NCBI GenBank assembly: GCA_045613565.1 | Contig: JAZLBF010000035.1 | Span: 1,373-65,372, forward strand | Origin: Bacteroidaceae bacterium | Lineage (GTDB): Bacteria > Bacteroidota > Bacteroidia > Bacteroidales > Bacteroidaceae | Length of the DNA: 64,000 bases | Direction of reading: 5' to 3' | Shown: positions 63,636 through 64,000 of the stretch, piece after piece | Position numbering within the stretch: the stretch's first letter is position 1 | How the letters are laid out: each line of letters starts with the position of its first letter | Program-made: the position numbers and the translations under genes | The notes under the pieces: generated by a model | The model's database searches: none | What the model was told of the DNA's origin: nothing | What the model saw: the letters and a program-made list of their open reading frames with translations, nothing else

Positions 63636-64000
63636 ATGTATTTACACAGAGAATTGGAAACTCTTTCTAGAGAAGGTATAGAGAAATTGCAATTGGAGCG
63701 CCTTCAGCAGACGGTGAAACATTGCATGAACTCGCCCTTCTACAAGAAGAGGTTTGAGGAGAATGGATTGACCACCGAAGATATTCAATCACTAAAGGAT
63801 TTGCAGAAGATACCCTTTACTACCAAGCAGGATTTGCGTGACAATTATCCGTTTGGTATTGCATCAGTACCCTTGGATAAGGCTGTACGATTGCATTCTT
63901 CAAGCGGTACTACGGGAAATCCCACCGTTATCATTCATACGCAAAAGGACCTGGACGAGTGGGCCAATGCTGTTGCTCGTTGCTTGCACATGGTAGGTCT
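63636..64000 (+). CDS. Phenylacetate-CoA ligase family protein (5' part, runs off the window)
   Basis: Hand translation: MYLHRELETLSREGIEKLQLERLQQTVKHCMNSPFYKKRFEENG…IPFTTKQDLRDNYPFG…LHSSSGTTGNPTV, typical PaaK-like N-terminus and AMP-binding motif. Confidence 0.8.
   Translation, partial: MYLHRELETLSREGIEKLQLERLQQTVKHCMNSPFYKKRFEENGLTTEDIQSLKDLQKIPFTTKQDLRDNYPFGIASVPLDKAVRLHSSSGTTGNPTVIIHTQKDLDEWANAVARCLHMVG

Overview
The window looks like a Bacteroidota chromosome, probably Prevotella/Segatella-like. This is inferred from TAnnTTTG-type promoters, many lipoproteins, a T9SS C-terminal sorting domain, a BspA-type LRR protein and an mmd-type decarboxylase operon. Most of it is ordinary, densely packed genes. 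These include a TonB receptor with a propeller lipoprotein, a serine hydrolase, ilvE, xseAB, an RND efflux triad, Na+-translocating methylmalonyl-CoA decarboxylase, a MATE pump, xth, queA, a Nudix hydrolase, an OAH sulfhydrylase and a DASS transporter. Three things stand out. (1) An AT-rich ~11 kb island (about 27190-38150) has as its core a tightly coupled seven-gene operon (27331-36562). It encodes a vWA-like lipoprotein, a small TM protein, a tubulin/FtsZ-like GTPase, a 1047-aa protein with a C-terminal actin/Hsp70-fold ATPase, a MotA/ExbB-like protein with a long coiled-coil tail (ZorA-like architecture), a MotB/OmpA-like protein, and a DUF4357-like protein. No nuclease, helicase or integrase is recognisable. 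I regard it as a candidate uncharacterised envelope-anchored system, possibly Zorya-related defence or membrane remodelling. (2) A minus-strand surface-lipoprotein cluster (8063-18548) holds four diverging paralogues plus one truncated copy, a BspA-like LRR protein, a BMP-like lipoprotein and a fusion of a solute-binding-like domain to a C13 legumain-like peptidase. (3) A family of structured intergenic tandem repeats includes 43-bp arrays at 7221 and 26258, a degenerate array at 46780, promoter-carrying 74/75-bp repeats, CGGAAAA heptads, a reused terminator hairpin, and a promoter-to-terminator ~325-nt candidate ncRNA at the island's left edge. All functional calls come from motif recognition by eye. 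No database search was run.
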